Shown one piece after another: positions 42,836-53,171 of a DNA stretch of 64,000 nt. The notes beneath the pieces were generated by a model. The model made no database searches and was not told the origin of the DNA. It worked only from the letters and a program-made list of their open reading frames with translations. Origin of the DNA: Anabaena azotica SJ-1. GTDB lineage: Bacteria; Cyanobacteriota; Cyanobacteriia; Cyanobacteriales; Nostocaceae. A program made the translations under genes and the position numbers. The stretch lies in the NCBI RefSeq assembly GCF_047275885.1, contig NZ_CP178454.1:2407817-2471816 (forward strand), written 5' to 3'. Numbering within the stretch: the stretch's first letter is position 1; each line of letters starts with the position of its first letter.

Positions 42836-43966
42836 CTATTTATTAACTTCCAATATCTGCGAAGTTTTTAACCTATCCATCCACTTTTCTAGGTAAACAC
42901 GGTTAGCATTTTGTTCAGACTGATCTTCTGTATCCATAGGATAAGGTAAAAGTCCCAAAATTGCGGCGGTAGTTACACAAAACATAGACTTTTGGAAACT
43001 CATACAAATTTGCACCCGCAAATCATCTTCTCCACGACGACTGCGACGATAAATATTATGTAAATATTCTGGTAAATAATGGCGCATATCTTGCATTAAT
43101 AATGTGGGAGGAATACCCGCGCTGCCAATGGGTAAAGGATCGGCATATAATGCACCATATTGAAATCGTGATTGATCTGGAGGAACTTGATATGCTTGTG
43201 CGTTCAGGGAAACTGTACCCAAAAATGGAGTCCCTCGGAAGAAAACAGCTTCTACATAAGGAACTGCGGTATCTGCAAGAAAGGTTAAACCGATTGATTT
43301 GGGAATAATTTCATATACTTTATCCCTAATTTTTACATCGTATGTAATTGGTTTTAAAGCATCTGCCACTAAACCAGCTTTAATATATTCTACAACTTCA
43401 GGAATTGATTTAATCTTCCCTTGGTCATAGCGGTCTGATAAAGTTAGAAATATATCAGCCATGACTCGCCAAAATTGACCTAATCCACTGTAATAGGCAG
43501 AGACACGCAATTGTTCTATTAAAAAGTCGGGAAATAGCTGATGTATACCCAACATGAAGGGGTTATTTTTCAATTTAGCATTAATAACAACTTTGCATAT
43601 ATCAGCAAATTCCTGACTATCTAAATAGGCATCTAAACCACCACCACCATGCCACATCATGGTTTTCATGCAATATTCTGCATATTCAAAATTAATTCTG
43701 TCATGCCACCAGTGACGAAATAATTTTTGGGCAGAAATCTCGCCGTCAAAATATTTAAAGAAGGGGAAATTTACTAAAAATTGATTTTCAGCAATATAAA
43801 TAAGATTTTTAGAATAGGCATCTAAAACTACGCCATAACTTTTAAGAATACCCACAACTTCTAAAACATTTTCAGGACTATCTTTAAGTAGTGCTTGACC
43901 AGTTTGTAAGCGTTGAATATATTCGACTAAGGGATGATTAACAGGTTTATTTTTCATATTAAGCAT
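42836..43966 (-). CDS. cupA: CO2 hydration protein CupA (ChpY), partner of the NDH-1 MS complex.
   Basis: The position immediately downstream of ndhF3-ndhD3 is conserved. ChpX/Y-like segments are present (NLIYIAENQFLVNFPFFKYF, WHGGGG). Confidence 0.65.
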   Translation of the reverse strand: MLNMKNKPVNHPLVEYIQRLQTGQALLKDSPENVLEVVGILKSYGVVLDAYSKNLIYIAENQFLVNFPFFKYFDGEISAQKLFRHWWHDRINFEYAEYCMKTMMWHGGGGLDAYLDSQEFADICKVVINAKLKNNPFMLGIHQLFPDFLIEQLRVSAYYSGLGQFWRVMADIFLTLSDRYDQGKIKSIPEVVEYIKAGLVADALKPITYDVKIRDKVYEIIPKSIGLTFLADTAVPYVEAVFFRGTPFLGTVSLNAQAYQVPPDQSRFQYGALYADPLPIGSAGIPPTLLMQDMRHYLPEYLHNIYRRSRRGEDDLRVQICMSFQKSMFCVTTAAILGLLPYPMDTEDQSEQNANRVYLEKWMDRLKTSQILEVNK

Positions 43967-44068
43967 TACTATGTCTCCAGAACATTAAAAATAAACAGCT
44001 TTGATTGAGAGAACTTTAAAAGATGAGGTCGTAGTAATACTCAGAATCTACTACAAACCTAACATCTT

Positions 44069-45571
44069 CTAATTTTTGTCAGCTTTATCTACAGATACGG
44101 TTGCTACTAAGCTAGGTGTATTTACCATGGCTGTAATAGTAGCTTCTGTCCAATGCACTAACCAAGAGGGTTGGATACCGAAAACTACAATTAACACGGC
44201 TAAGATAAATGCAGGAATGCGATCGCTCCAATAAACCCGTGGTAAATTAGTAACTTGTGCAGACAAGCGCCCAAAAAAGGCACGATTGAGGAGAATTAAG
44301 AAATAAACCGCAGTTAAGCCTGTACCCAGCATGGAAATTAGGGTTTGCACTGGGAATATCTCAAAACTACCCCTAAAAATAATGAATTCGGAAATAAACC
44401 CTACCATTCCCGGTATACCTGCGCTGGCCATGACTCCCAAAACCATCAAGAAGCCGATTACAGGCATTCCCCTTTCTGGGTTCAGTAGTCCCCGAATAAC
44501 GTCTAAGTCACGACTACCAGCTTTTTTATACACAACTCCTACCACTAAAAACAACATGGCAGAAATTAAGCCGTGGCTAATCATTTGCATGACTGCACCT
44601 AAGACACTTAATGGTGTTGCTGCTGCTGCTGCTAACAAAACGTAACCCATGTGTCCGATAGAACTATAGGCTACCATTTTTTTCATGTCAGTTTGAGCGA
44701 TCGCACAGGAAGCACCAAACAACACGCTAACAACAGCCCATGTTGCTAAAGTTGGTGCTGCATATTCCCAAGCTTCAGGTAACAAGTTCATCCCAAACCG
44801 CAATAAACCATAAGTGCCTAATTTCAACAACACCCCAGCCAATAGTACAGAAATGGGTGTGGAAGCTTCAACGTGGGCATCTGGCAACCAAGTATGGAAG
44901 GGAACAAGAGGAATTTTAATTCCAAAACCTACCAAAATTCCCACCAGTAATAATATTTGTGTCCCTAAAGGTAAAGTGTGAGCATTTAAAGTTGCTAGTC
45001 CAAAACTAGGCGAATCACTCAACCAAACCATACCCAGGAAACTGGCTAAAATCAAGATTCCCGATACAGCGGTGTAAATTAGAAACTTCGTGGCTGCATA
45101 ACCCCGTTTTGCACCACCCCAAATGGCAATTAGCAAATACAAAGGTATCAATTCTAGTTCGTAGAACAGGAAGAATAACAATAAATCCTGTGCTAAAAAT
45201 GCTCCTATCACTCCTGCGCTTAATAGCAGCACTAAGGAATAATAAAATCTCGGACGTTGAATAGATTCATCGCTACTGTAGATGGCAATACAAGTTAAAA
45301 GTCCATTTAAAAGCAGCAATGGCAAGGATAAACCATCTATACCTAGATTATAGTTCAAGCCTAAAGCATCTATCCAGGGCAAAGACTCAGCAAACTGTTG
45401 TCCAACGTACCCTGGATTAAACTGAATGGTTAGGAACACTGTCCATAAGAAAATTATGACAGCAAAAGCCAACGCTACTCCACGGGCGAGTTTCCCACTG
45501 ATCACAGAAGGATAAAAACCGATTAACGCTGCACCTAGCAAAGGTAGCAAAATCAATGTACTTAGCATCAT
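44069..45571 (-). CDS. ndhD3: NAD(P)H-quinone oxidoreductase subunit D3 (NdhD3, CO2-uptake type).
   Basis: Polytopic NuoM/NdhD family, 500 aa. The D3 subtype is inferred from its position between ndhF3 and cupA. Confidence 0.8.
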   Translation of the reverse strand: MMLSTLILLPLLGAALIGFYPSVISGKLARGVALAFAVIIFLWTVFLTIQFNPGYVGQQFAESLPWIDALGLNYNLGIDGLSLPLLLLNGLLTCIAIYSSDESIQRPRFYYSLVLLLSAGVIGAFLAQDLLLFFLFYELELIPLYLLIAIWGGAKRGYAATKFLIYTAVSGILILASFLGMVWLSDSPSFGLATLNAHTLPLGTQILLLVGILVGFGIKIPLVPFHTWLPDAHVEASTPISVLLAGVLLKLGTYGLLRFGMNLLPEAWEYAAPTLATWAVVSVLFGASCAIAQTDMKKMVAYSSIGHMGYVLLAAAAATPLSVLGAVMQMISHGLISAMLFLVVGVVYKKAGSRDLDVIRGLLNPERGMPVIGFLMVLGVMASAGIPGMVGFISEFIIFRGSFEIFPVQTLISMLGTGLTAVYFLILLNRAFFGRLSAQVTNLPRVYWSDRIPAFILAVLIVVFGIQPSWLVHWTEATITAMVNTPSLVATVSVDKADKN

Positions 45572-45687
45572 AATTTGTAGGGTGTAGGATGTAGGGGAGA
45601 TGGGTTAGTGGGGTGGTGGGGCGGTGGGGTGATAGGGAGAAATATATACCTCCTACCTTCTGCCTCCTGCCTTCTGCCTCCTGCCTC

Positions 45688-47544
45688 CTAAAATGGCAAT
45701 TTGTCGAGTAAACCCAATGACAAGCTAATGAAGAACCCAAGAACGCTAATTACGACGAGGATAGTCAACATATAACCTTGAGATTGACCCGAAATGCTGT
45801 ACTTTAAACTTTGTCCACCGAAAATGGCAGCAAAGCCCACTAAGTTCACCATCCCATCTACTAAATAGCGATCGCACCAAGAGGAAATCCTGGACAAAAA
45901 TGCTACTGCACTAACTATCGTCAGCCGATAAACTCGGTCAATGTAAAAATCATAACCTAGTAAATCCTGAACAAATCTCCATCCCAGAATTGTAGATCTT
46001 GACCAACCTTTATGTAGGTAAATTGTTGAGCCAATACTCACTCCTAAAACCGTAGAGGTAAATAAGGATAATGTAATGTACCAATCAATACTTTCCCAAT
46101 CAGGTAGTAAGTACCATTGCTGTAGCATCAGTGGTAACAACAGAGTTAATATGGTCAAAGTCACCATTGGGAAAGCCATTTGCCAACCAACTTCAGGAGC
46201 GCGACGGGTCTTTTGTTGCGGTTTACCCCAGAATATTAATCGGAAGACTCTAGTTAAATTCAATGCTGTCAAGCCATTAACTAACACTAAAACTACAATT
46301 ACCCAAGGACTAACTTTCACCAAGCCATCAGCCCAAGCCAACATCGCCCAAAAGCTACCCAGTGGTAACAATGTCACCATTCCTGCCGAACCGACCACAA
46401 AAGCAGTAGTAGTTGCTGGCATCCGTGACCACAAACCACCCATTTCTGTCAAGTCTTGACTTTGGGTAGTGTATATGATAGATCCAGAACTCATGAACAA
46501 TAATGCTTTGGCGATCGCATGAGTTAACAGCAGCATCAAAGCCACACCACCTTGTTCCAAACCCACTGCTAAAAATACCAATCCCATATAAGCACTAGTA
46601 GAATGTGATAGAGCGCGTTTAATATCAATTTGGGCGATTGATACTAATGTTGCCCCCAGAGCAGTTACAGTTCCCATCACAACTAAAGCATTCAGCGCCA
46701 CCGGTGAGAGTGCTAACAATGGCTGAATCTTGTACAATACATATGCCCCACCACCGACTACCAAAGAGTTTCGCATTACTGAAGCCGGATTTGGCCCTTC
46801 CATGGCTTCATCTAACCACAAATGCAAGGGAAATTGGGCGCATTTACCAGCAGGCCCAGCAATCAATGCTATACCTAGCAACGTTGATGTAATTGGGTTT
46901 AAATCAGCAGTTTGCGCCCACTCATACAAATCAGAAAAGTTCAAACTACCAGCTTGAGTTGAAAGGACTACTACCCCCATCAACAACAGCAAATCTCCCA
47001 CCCGCTTGGTTAAAAACGCATCTCGCGCCGCCGTTACTACCAATGGTTGAGCATACCAAAAACCCACCAGTAAGTAAGTAGAAAGGGTGAGAACTTCCAA
47101 CAAAGCATAGCTGAGAAACAAAGAATCGCTAATCGCTAACCCACTCAAGGCAGCTTCAAAAAATCCCAGCAACCCAAAAAACCTTGCTATGGACCAATCT
47201 TTTTCCATGTAACCCAGGGCATAAATTTGGGCTAACAGACTTAATCCTGTAATTAGCACTATTGCCCCAATACTAACTGGCGACAATTCCAAGGCAAAGG
47301 ATAAGTTAAAATCCCCAGCTTGAAACCAGGTAATTACTAAAATTTCTGGTTCTCTATTCCATATATCTTGAAATACAAACAAGCTATGGAAAAAAGCTAC
47401 CAAAGTCGTCAATAAATTGAAGTATGCCGCAGGTCTTGGCCCTGTACGTTGAATTATTCCTATGCTCCAAGGCAAGGTTAAAATTGCACCCAATAAGCTA
47501 TAAAAAGGTACAAACCAACTTGTGAAAAATAGAAACTCATGCAT
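45688..47544 (-). CDS. ndhF3: NAD(P)H-quinone oxidoreductase subunit F3 (NdhF3).
   Basis: NuoL/NdhF family. The short 618 aa form is typical of NdhF3. It is the first gene of the ndhF3-ndhD3-cupA operon. Confidence 0.8.
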   Translation of the reverse strand: MHEFLFFTSWFVPFYSLLGAILTLPWSIGIIQRTGPRPAAYFNLLTTLVAFFHSLFVFQDIWNREPEILVITWFQAGDFNLSFALELSPVSIGAIVLITGLSLLAQIYALGYMEKDWSIARFFGLLGFFEAALSGLAISDSLFLSYALLEVLTLSTYLLVGFWYAQPLVVTAARDAFLTKRVGDLLLLMGVVVLSTQAGSLNFSDLYEWAQTADLNPITSTLLGIALIAGPAGKCAQFPLHLWLDEAMEGPNPASVMRNSLVVGGGAYVLYKIQPLLALSPVALNALVVMGTVTALGATLVSIAQIDIKRALSHSTSAYMGLVFLAVGLEQGGVALMLLLTHAIAKALLFMSSGSIIYTTQSQDLTEMGGLWSRMPATTTAFVVGSAGMVTLLPLGSFWAMLAWADGLVKVSPWVIVVLVLVNGLTALNLTRVFRLIFWGKPQQKTRRAPEVGWQMAFPMVTLTILTLLLPLMLQQWYLLPDWESIDWYITLSLFTSTVLGVSIGSTIYLHKGWSRSTILGWRFVQDLLGYDFYIDRVYRLTIVSAVAFLSRISSWCDRYLVDGMVNLVGFAAIFGGQSLKYSISGQSQGYMLTILVVISVLGFFISLSLGLLDKLPF

Positions 47545-48203
47545 TTAAATTTTCCTTGACGACTCAGCTTATAGGTTCTCAAACAACATTAAAACTATCA
47601 TTCGCTTAAAAAAAGTTAATCGGGGAAAAATCAAGTTTTTTTTAACTATTTTTTCAAGAAAATTTAACCAGCATTTTTACCTCAACATCCCCTATTAAAT
47701 GCTAATAAAATATGACTGTAAATATTTAAAAGCATTTACTTGTCTTCATAAATCCTCTAGCTACAAATTTGTATTTTTACTCTGAGTAAAGAAGTTTATA
47801 TGATATATTTGACAAACTTATATATCGTTCACTTAAATCTATGTCTAAATAGCAAAACTTGAAGAAAGTCAGAGACAGTAGAATATACAGCCTGTGATTG
47901 ACCCTCACCAGATAGGATTAGACCTAGTTATGAATGTTATTTTGGAAATGTGATAAAGAAATTATAAAGCATAAGCGGCCGCTCTAGGAATCCGTAAACT
48001 TTAATAGATTCCAGGGGCGTATTAATTTTTGTTAAGTTTTTTAAAACTTTTTTATTACAAACTATTATAGTAATTTATGTTGCCAGGGATGCCAAGGTTT
48101 CATATCCTTAACTTTAGAAGTGTTTTCTTCACTCAAGATCAGCATCCCCGTCAAAATTTTCCACCCATAGTACAGATTGCATTAAATTTTTAGGAGTTCT
48201 GCG

Positions 48204-48512
48204 ATGCCAATTGCAGTTGGAATGATTGAGACTAAAGGCTTTCCGGCAGTAGTAGAAGCTGCTGATGCGATGGTGAAAGCAGCCCGTGTTACCTTAGTAG
48301 GATATGAGAAAATTGGCAGCGCCCGTGTGACTGTGATCGTCCGGGGTGATGTATCTGAAGTTCAAGCTTCAGTAGCGGCTGGTATCGAAGCAGCCAGAAG
48401 AGTAAACGGTGGAGAAGTGTTGTCTACTCACATTATTGCCCGTCCTCACGAAAACCTAGAATATGTATTACCAATTCGGTATACAGAAGCAGTAGAACAG
48501 TTCCGAACTTAA
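48204..48512 (+). CDS. ccmK2: Carboxysome shell protein CcmK (K2-like, 102 aa).
   Basis: BMC-H domain ([27 protein letters not shown]...). Confidence 0.9.
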   Translation: MPIAVGMIETKGFPAVVEAADAMVKAARVTLVGYEKIGSARVTVIVRGDVSEVQASVAAGIEAARRVNGGEVLSTHIIARPHENLEYVLPIRYTEAVEQFRT

Positions 48513-48623
48513 AAACTGTTTACACAAAGTAATAAACGGGGCTGCTTGCTTGAGTGTAAATCTTTTCCCGGTTTGTTCGCGCCCTGTAGCACAAACCATA
48601 AACTTGATTAAAGGATTAAAATA

Positions 48624-48968
48624 ATGTCGATCGCAGTAGGAATGGTTGAAACGTTGGGCTTTCCAGCAGTAGTAGAAGCTGCTGACGCAATGGTAAAAGC
48701 CGCTCGCGTTACCTTAGTAGGATATGAAAAAATTGGTAGCGGTCGAGTGACAGTAATTGTGCGGGGAGACGTTTCTGAAGTTCAAGCATCAGTAGCAGCT
48801 GGAGTGGACAACGTGAAGCGCGTAAATGGTGGACAAGTGCTGTCTACTCATATCATCGCCCGTCCTCATGAAAACTTGGAATATGTTCTACCTATTCGTT
48901 ATACAGAAGATGTAGAGCAATTCCGGGAAGGAGTTAATGCCATTCGTCCTTTCGGTAGAAGACCGTAG
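48624..48968 (+). CDS. ccmK1: Carboxysome shell protein CcmK (K1-like, with a C-terminal extension).
   Basis: BMC-H domain; 114 aa. Confidence 0.9.
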   Translation: MSIAVGMVETLGFPAVVEAADAMVKAARVTLVGYEKIGSGRVTVIVRGDVSEVQASVAAGVDNVKRVNGGQVLSTHIIARPHENLEYVLPIRYTEDVEQFREGVNAIRPFGRRP

Positions 48969-48972
48969 TTAG

Positions 48973-49278
48973 ATGCAAATTGCCAAAGTTCGTGGCACGG
49001 TAGTTAGCACCATACAAGATCCTACTCTTAGAGGTGTAAAACTGCTGATGTTGCAGTTAGTAGATGAAAACGGTAATCTCCTACCTAAATATGAGGTAGC
49101 AGCCGATAATAGCGTAGGAGCAGGTATAGATGAGTGGGTACTTGTAAGTTGTGGTAGTGCCGCTCGTCAGGTTCCTGGCAATGAACAACGACCAGTAGAT
49201 GCCGCCGTGGTGGCGATAATTGATACTATTTACGTAGAAGATCGTCTCATTTACAGCAAAAAAGACCAATATAGATAG
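48973..49278 (+). CDS. ccmL: Carboxysome vertex protein CcmL (BMC-P).
   Basis: MQIAKVRGTVVSTIQDP... is the EutN/CcmL fold signature. Confidence 0.9.
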   Translation: MQIAKVRGTVVSTIQDPTLRGVKLLMLQLVDENGNLLPKYEVAADNSVGAGIDEWVLVSCGSAARQVPGNEQRPVDAAVVAIIDTIYVEDRLIYSKKDQYR

Positions 49279-49524
49279 TCAGGAAATAGGGAACAGGTGA
49301 CAGGTGACAGGTGACAGGGAAAGAAGAATGCAGAAGTTACAGGAGTTGCAGAATCATCAATACCTATACCACTCAAGGATTGAATTGCTGGACTTCTAGT
49401 TTTATTCTGAACTACTGATAGCGAAGCGTGGCGTAAGCCATACTACTGAACTCCTTAACTCCTTAACTCCTTAACTTCTTCTACTAACAACTGACAAAAA
49501 GCTTATTTCAGGAGGAATCTCACA

Positions 49525-51189
49525 ATGGTAGTCCGCAGCACGGCGGCACCCCCAACCCCGTGGTCAAGGAGTTTAGCTGAACCCGATATCCATCAGAGCG
49601 CATTTGTACATTCTTCTTGTAATTTAATTGGGGATGTACACCTGGGTCAAAATGTGATTATTGCTCCAGGAACTTCGATTAGAGCAGATGAAGGAACACC
49701 TTTTTTTATTGGTGAAAATACTAATATTCAAGATGGTGTAGTAATTCATGGGTTGGAGCAAGGCCGAGTAATTGGTGATGATGGCAAAAACTACTCGGTA
49801 TGGGTTGGTAAAGATGCTTCTATCACCCACATGGCGCTGATTCATGGGCCAGCTTATGTAGGGGAAAGTTGCTTTATTGGCTTTAGGTCTACAGTATTTA
49901 ATGCCAGGGTAGGGTCTGGTTGCATCGTGATGATGCACGCTCTCATCCAAGATGTAGAAATTCCACCAGGTAAATACGTAGCATCTGGCTCGATAATTAC
50001 TACGCAGCAGCAAGCAGACCGATTGCCAGATGTACAAGCTCAGGATCAGCAATTCGCTCACCACGTTGTGGGGATAAATCAGGCTTTGCGGGCTGGTTAT
50101 CGCTGTGCAGAGGATCTTAAGTGTATTGCCCCGATTCGGGACGAGCTTAATATGTCTGGGGCTAAATCTTATACAAGTATTATTGTTGACGAATTGGAAA
50201 GGAGCAGTGAAGTGGCAAGCAAATTGGGTGCAGAAGTAGTAGATCAGGTACGTTATCTACTGAATCAAGGTTTTAAAATAGGAACTGAACACGTAGACCA
50301 AAGACGGTTTCGCACAGGTTCTTGGCAAAGCTGCCAACCTATTGAAACCAGATCATTAGGAGAAGCGATCGCAGCATTAGAATCTTGTCTAATAGACCAC
50401 AGTGGCGAGTACGTGCGTTTGTTCGGCATTGACAACGGCAGAAAACGGGTATTAGAAACTATTATCCAACGTCCTGATGGTGTAGTAGCTACAAGTACAA
50501 CTAGTTTTAAAACTCCTGCTGCATCTTACAGCAGCTACAACGGTAATGGTAACGGTAACGGTAACGGTGCAGTTGCTAGTGGCAGCCTCAGTGCTGAAAC
50601 AGTGAACCAAATTCGCCAACTCTTGGCTAATGGTTACAAAATTGGTACAGAGCATGTGGATGAGCGCCGTTTCCGTACAGGCACTTGGCAAAGTTGTAAC
50701 CCTATTGAAGCAACCTCAGCTAATGATGTAGTTGCAGCTTTAGAAGAATGCATCACTTCTCATCAAGGCGAATATGTGCGATTAATTGGCATTGACAGCA
50801 AAGCCAAACGTCGCGTATTGGAAGCAATTATCCAACGTCCTAACGGTCAAGTAGTATCTTCCGGTAGTGCGAAAACATCAGCTACTTCATACAGTGGTAC
50901 AACTGCAACGGCCACTGCAACCAGCACCCGCTTGAGTGCCGAAGTAGTAGACCAGCTGAAACAGTTGTTAACAGGTGGTTTTAAGATTAGCGTTGAACAC
51001 GTAGACCAACGTCGTTTCCGTACAGGAACTTGGGCAAGCTGCGGTCAAATTCAGGCTACATCGGAAAGAGATGCGATCGCTGCACTAGAAGCTGTTATTT
51101 CTGAATATGCAGGTGAATACGTGCGTTTAATCGGAATCGACCCCGCAGCCAAACGCCGAGTGTTGGAAGCAATCATCCAACGTCCATAG
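49525..51189 (+). CDS. ccmM: Carboxysome assembly protein CcmM: gamma-CA-like domain plus three RbcS-like (SSUL) modules.
   Basis: N-terminal left-handed beta-helix. A three-fold repeat ...[19 protein letters not shown]....... An (NG)5 linker. The internal ATG at 50152 (MSGAKS...) lies at the position of the known short-isoform (M35) start. Confidence 0.9.
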   Translation: MVVRSTAAPPTPWSRSLAEPDIHQSAFVHSSCNLIGDVHLGQNVIIAPGTSIRADEGTPFFIGENTNIQDGVVIHGLEQGRVIGDDGKNYSVWVGKDASITHMALIHGPAYVGESCFIGFRSTVFNARVGSGCIVMMHALIQDVEIPPGKYVASGSIITTQQQADRLPDVQAQDQQFAHHVVGINQALRAGYRCAEDLKCIAPIRDELNMSGAKSYTSIIVDELERSSEVASKLGAEVVDQVRYLLNQGFKIGTEHVDQRRFRTGSWQSCQPIETRSLGEAIAALESCLIDHSGEYVRLFGIDNGRKRVLETIIQRPDGVVATSTTSFKTPAASYSSYNGNGNGNGNGAVASGSLSAETVNQIRQLLANGYKIGTEHVDERRFRTGTWQSCNPIEATSANDVVAALEECITSHQGEYVRLIGIDSKAKRRVLEAIIQRPNGQVVSSGSAKTSATSYSGTTATATATSTRLSAEVVDQLKQLLTGGFKISVEHVDQRRFRTGTWASCGQIQATSERDAIAALEAVISEYAGEYVRLIGIDPAAKRRVLEAIIQRP

Positions 51190-51272
51190 GAGGCAGAAGG
51201 CAGGAGGCAGAAGGCAGAAGGCAGGAGGTAAATATTTCTCCCCATCTCCCCACCTCCCCACCTCCCTATCTC
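51185..51272. repeat. STRR-like tandem repeats, (AGGCAGR)5 and (CCCCACCT)3, between ccmM and ccmN.
   Basis: Read directly. Confidence 0.85.
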
Positions 51273-51322
51273 AAAATTAAATTTCAATACTCATTCTTCC
51301 GGCTTCCGAGGTAATAAATTCC

Positions 51323-52090
51323 ATGTCTGTGCCGTTGCTTCGCCTCAGCGACAATTTTGATAAGTATATTAGTGGCGAGGTAAATATTCATAAGAGCGCG
51401 GTACTTGCTCCAGGGGTAATACTCCAAGCAGCTGCCAACAGTAAAATTATTATTGGTCCTGGGGTCTGTATTGGCATGGGGTCAATTCTCCAAGTCAATG
51501 AGGGTATCCTAGAAGTAGAAGCAGGAGCAAACCTGGGAGCCGGGTTTTTGATGGTTGGCCCTGGTAAAATCGGTGCTAATGCTTGTATTGGTGCAGCTAC
51601 AACAGTATTTAACTGTTCCGTAGCACCTGAACAAGTTATTCCATCAGGTTCGGTTTTGGGAGATAACAGTCGTCAGATTGATCACAATTTACAGGAAGAG
51701 CCAACTTCCACAAATCCCACTTCTACAAATCCCCCAGAGCAACAACCAGAGAAAAAAGTAATTACTACCACTCAATTCTCTGCTGCGGCCTTTATAGATT
51801 TTAAACAACAATCTACTTCCCTATCTCCACCTTCTCCCACCCCTAAAAGCCAGTCCCCTCCAGTGGCAGAAACACCCCTGGTTACTGACTCTATCCCAAC
51901 AGAAACGACTCTCCCAGGTTCTCCAGAAACTAACTCTCAAGAATCCGAATCTAGTCCAGCTAACACTGAACCCAATAACACTTTTGGGACACAGATATAT
52001 GGACAAGGAAGCATTAACAGACTATTGATTACATTGTTTCCTCATCGGCAATCCTTGAGCGACGAAAACTCTGACAATTCTTCAGAGTAA
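51323..52090 (+). CDS. ccmN: Carboxysome protein CcmN, with a long P/S/T-rich linker and a C-terminal encapsulation peptide.
   Basis: Hexapeptide-repeat beta-helix N-domain, followed by about 100 aa of low-complexity PST sequence, then an amphipathic tail (GQGSINRLLITLF). Confidence 0.8.
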   Translation: MSVPLLRLSDNFDKYISGEVNIHKSAVLAPGVILQAAANSKIIIGPGVCIGMGSILQVNEGILEVEAGANLGAGFLMVGPGKIGANACIGAATTVFNCSVAPEQVIPSGSVLGDNSRQIDHNLQEEPTSTNPTSTNPPEQQPEKKVITTTQFSAAAFIDFKQQSTSLSPPSPTPKSQSPPVAETPLVTDSIPTETTLPGSPETNSQESESSPANTEPNNTFGTQIYGQGSINRLLITLFPHRQSLSDENSDNSSE

Positions 52091-52136
52091 GTGTTAATTG
52101 TTAGTTGTCTTTGTTTGCGAGTATCCTGGTGAATTC

Positions 52137-52925
52137 ATGATGGAAACATACAATCAACGCGCTCTTAGCACCATCAAGGCATCACGTCGCCGCGACAATC
52201 TCAAGGATACTGCCTTGGGTTTAGTATCGACACTCAGCTTTCCAGCTATAGTTGGAACGGCTGATATGATGTTAAAGTCAGCTGGAGTCCACTTAGTAGG
52301 CTATGAAAAGATTGGTAGTGGTCACTGTACAGCTATTGTCCGTGGTGGCATTGCCGATGTGCGTCTGGCTGTAGAAGCTGGTGTACAAACAGCAGAACAG
52401 TTTGGACAATTGGTTTCTAGCTTGGTTATTCCACGACCTTATCCCAATTTAGATATAGTTCTGCCTATTAACCGTCTGAGTCAAATGATTGAGGAGGGCA
52501 GTTACAGCCGTCTGAGTAATCAAGCGATTGGTTTGGTAGAAACTCGTGGTTTTCCAGCCATGGTTGGTGCTTGTGATGCCATGCTCAAAGCAGCAGATGT
52601 GCATTTAGCTTCTTATGAAAAAATAGGGGCTGGTTTATGTACTGCCATTATTCGTGGTTCTGTTGCTAACGTCGCTGTAGCAGTGGAAGCGGGAATGTTT
52701 GAAGCAGAAAGGATTGGGGAGTTGAACGCAGTCATGGTGATTCCTCGACCTTTGGATGAGTTAGAACAAACCTTACCAGTAGCTAATTGCTGGGTGGAAG
52801 AACGTCAACCGTTAAATATTCCTTTGAATATCAAAGATAAGATTGTGGATGCAGTGGCAGTGGAGTTACCAGATTTAGCTAAACTACCTGTAAAAGTTAA
52901 AGAAGAACTTTGGATGGATGAATGA
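52137..52925 (+). CDS. ccmO: Carboxysome shell protein CcmO (tandem BMC domains).
   Basis: Two BMC domains. The ATG at 52137 (MMETYNQRAL) is preferred over the upstream TTG of the ORF track. Confidence 0.85.
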   Translation: MMETYNQRALSTIKASRRRDNLKDTALGLVSTLSFPAIVGTADMMLKSAGVHLVGYEKIGSGHCTAIVRGGIADVRLAVEAGVQTAEQFGQLVSSLVIPRPYPNLDIVLPINRLSQMIEEGSYSRLSNQAIGLVETRGFPAMVGACDAMLKAADVHLASYEKIGAGLCTAIIRGSVANVAVAVEAGMFEAERIGELNAVMVIPRPLDELEQTLPVANCWVEERQPLNIPLNIKDKIVDAVAVELPDLAKLPVKVKEELWMDE

Positions 52926-53171
52926 TGAATGGTGAATAATCAATAATTTTGGATATTCAACATTCATCTTAGGTTGGAAGGCATCTTACGTTTTGTGTTG
53001 TTTTGATGATAACCTCTCAATTCCATAAGTCCAATACCGCACTTCTGATAGCGAAGATAGATATTTATCTATGCTTAGACTTATAAGTTGGTATGTGTGA
53101 CACTACATAATTGGCTAGTGTGCAGTGATACTAAATATATGTTGACGAATTGCTATTAGAGGAGAATCACC

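Noticed and set aside
42824-42836. Possibility that cupA and the 282 aa ORF are one gene split by a nonsense mutation (same frame, 12 nt apart).
   Set aside because: The downstream ORF has its own ATG. The combined 660 aa would far exceed ChpY size, so two genes is more parsimonious. My manual stop-codon indexing here was also off by one, so the junction is uncertain.
47968-47982. A GCGGCCGC (NotI) palindrome in the ndhF3/ccmK divergent region, considered as a regulatory site.
   Set aside because: It is a single 8-mer with no partner half-site. There is no basis for a functional claim.
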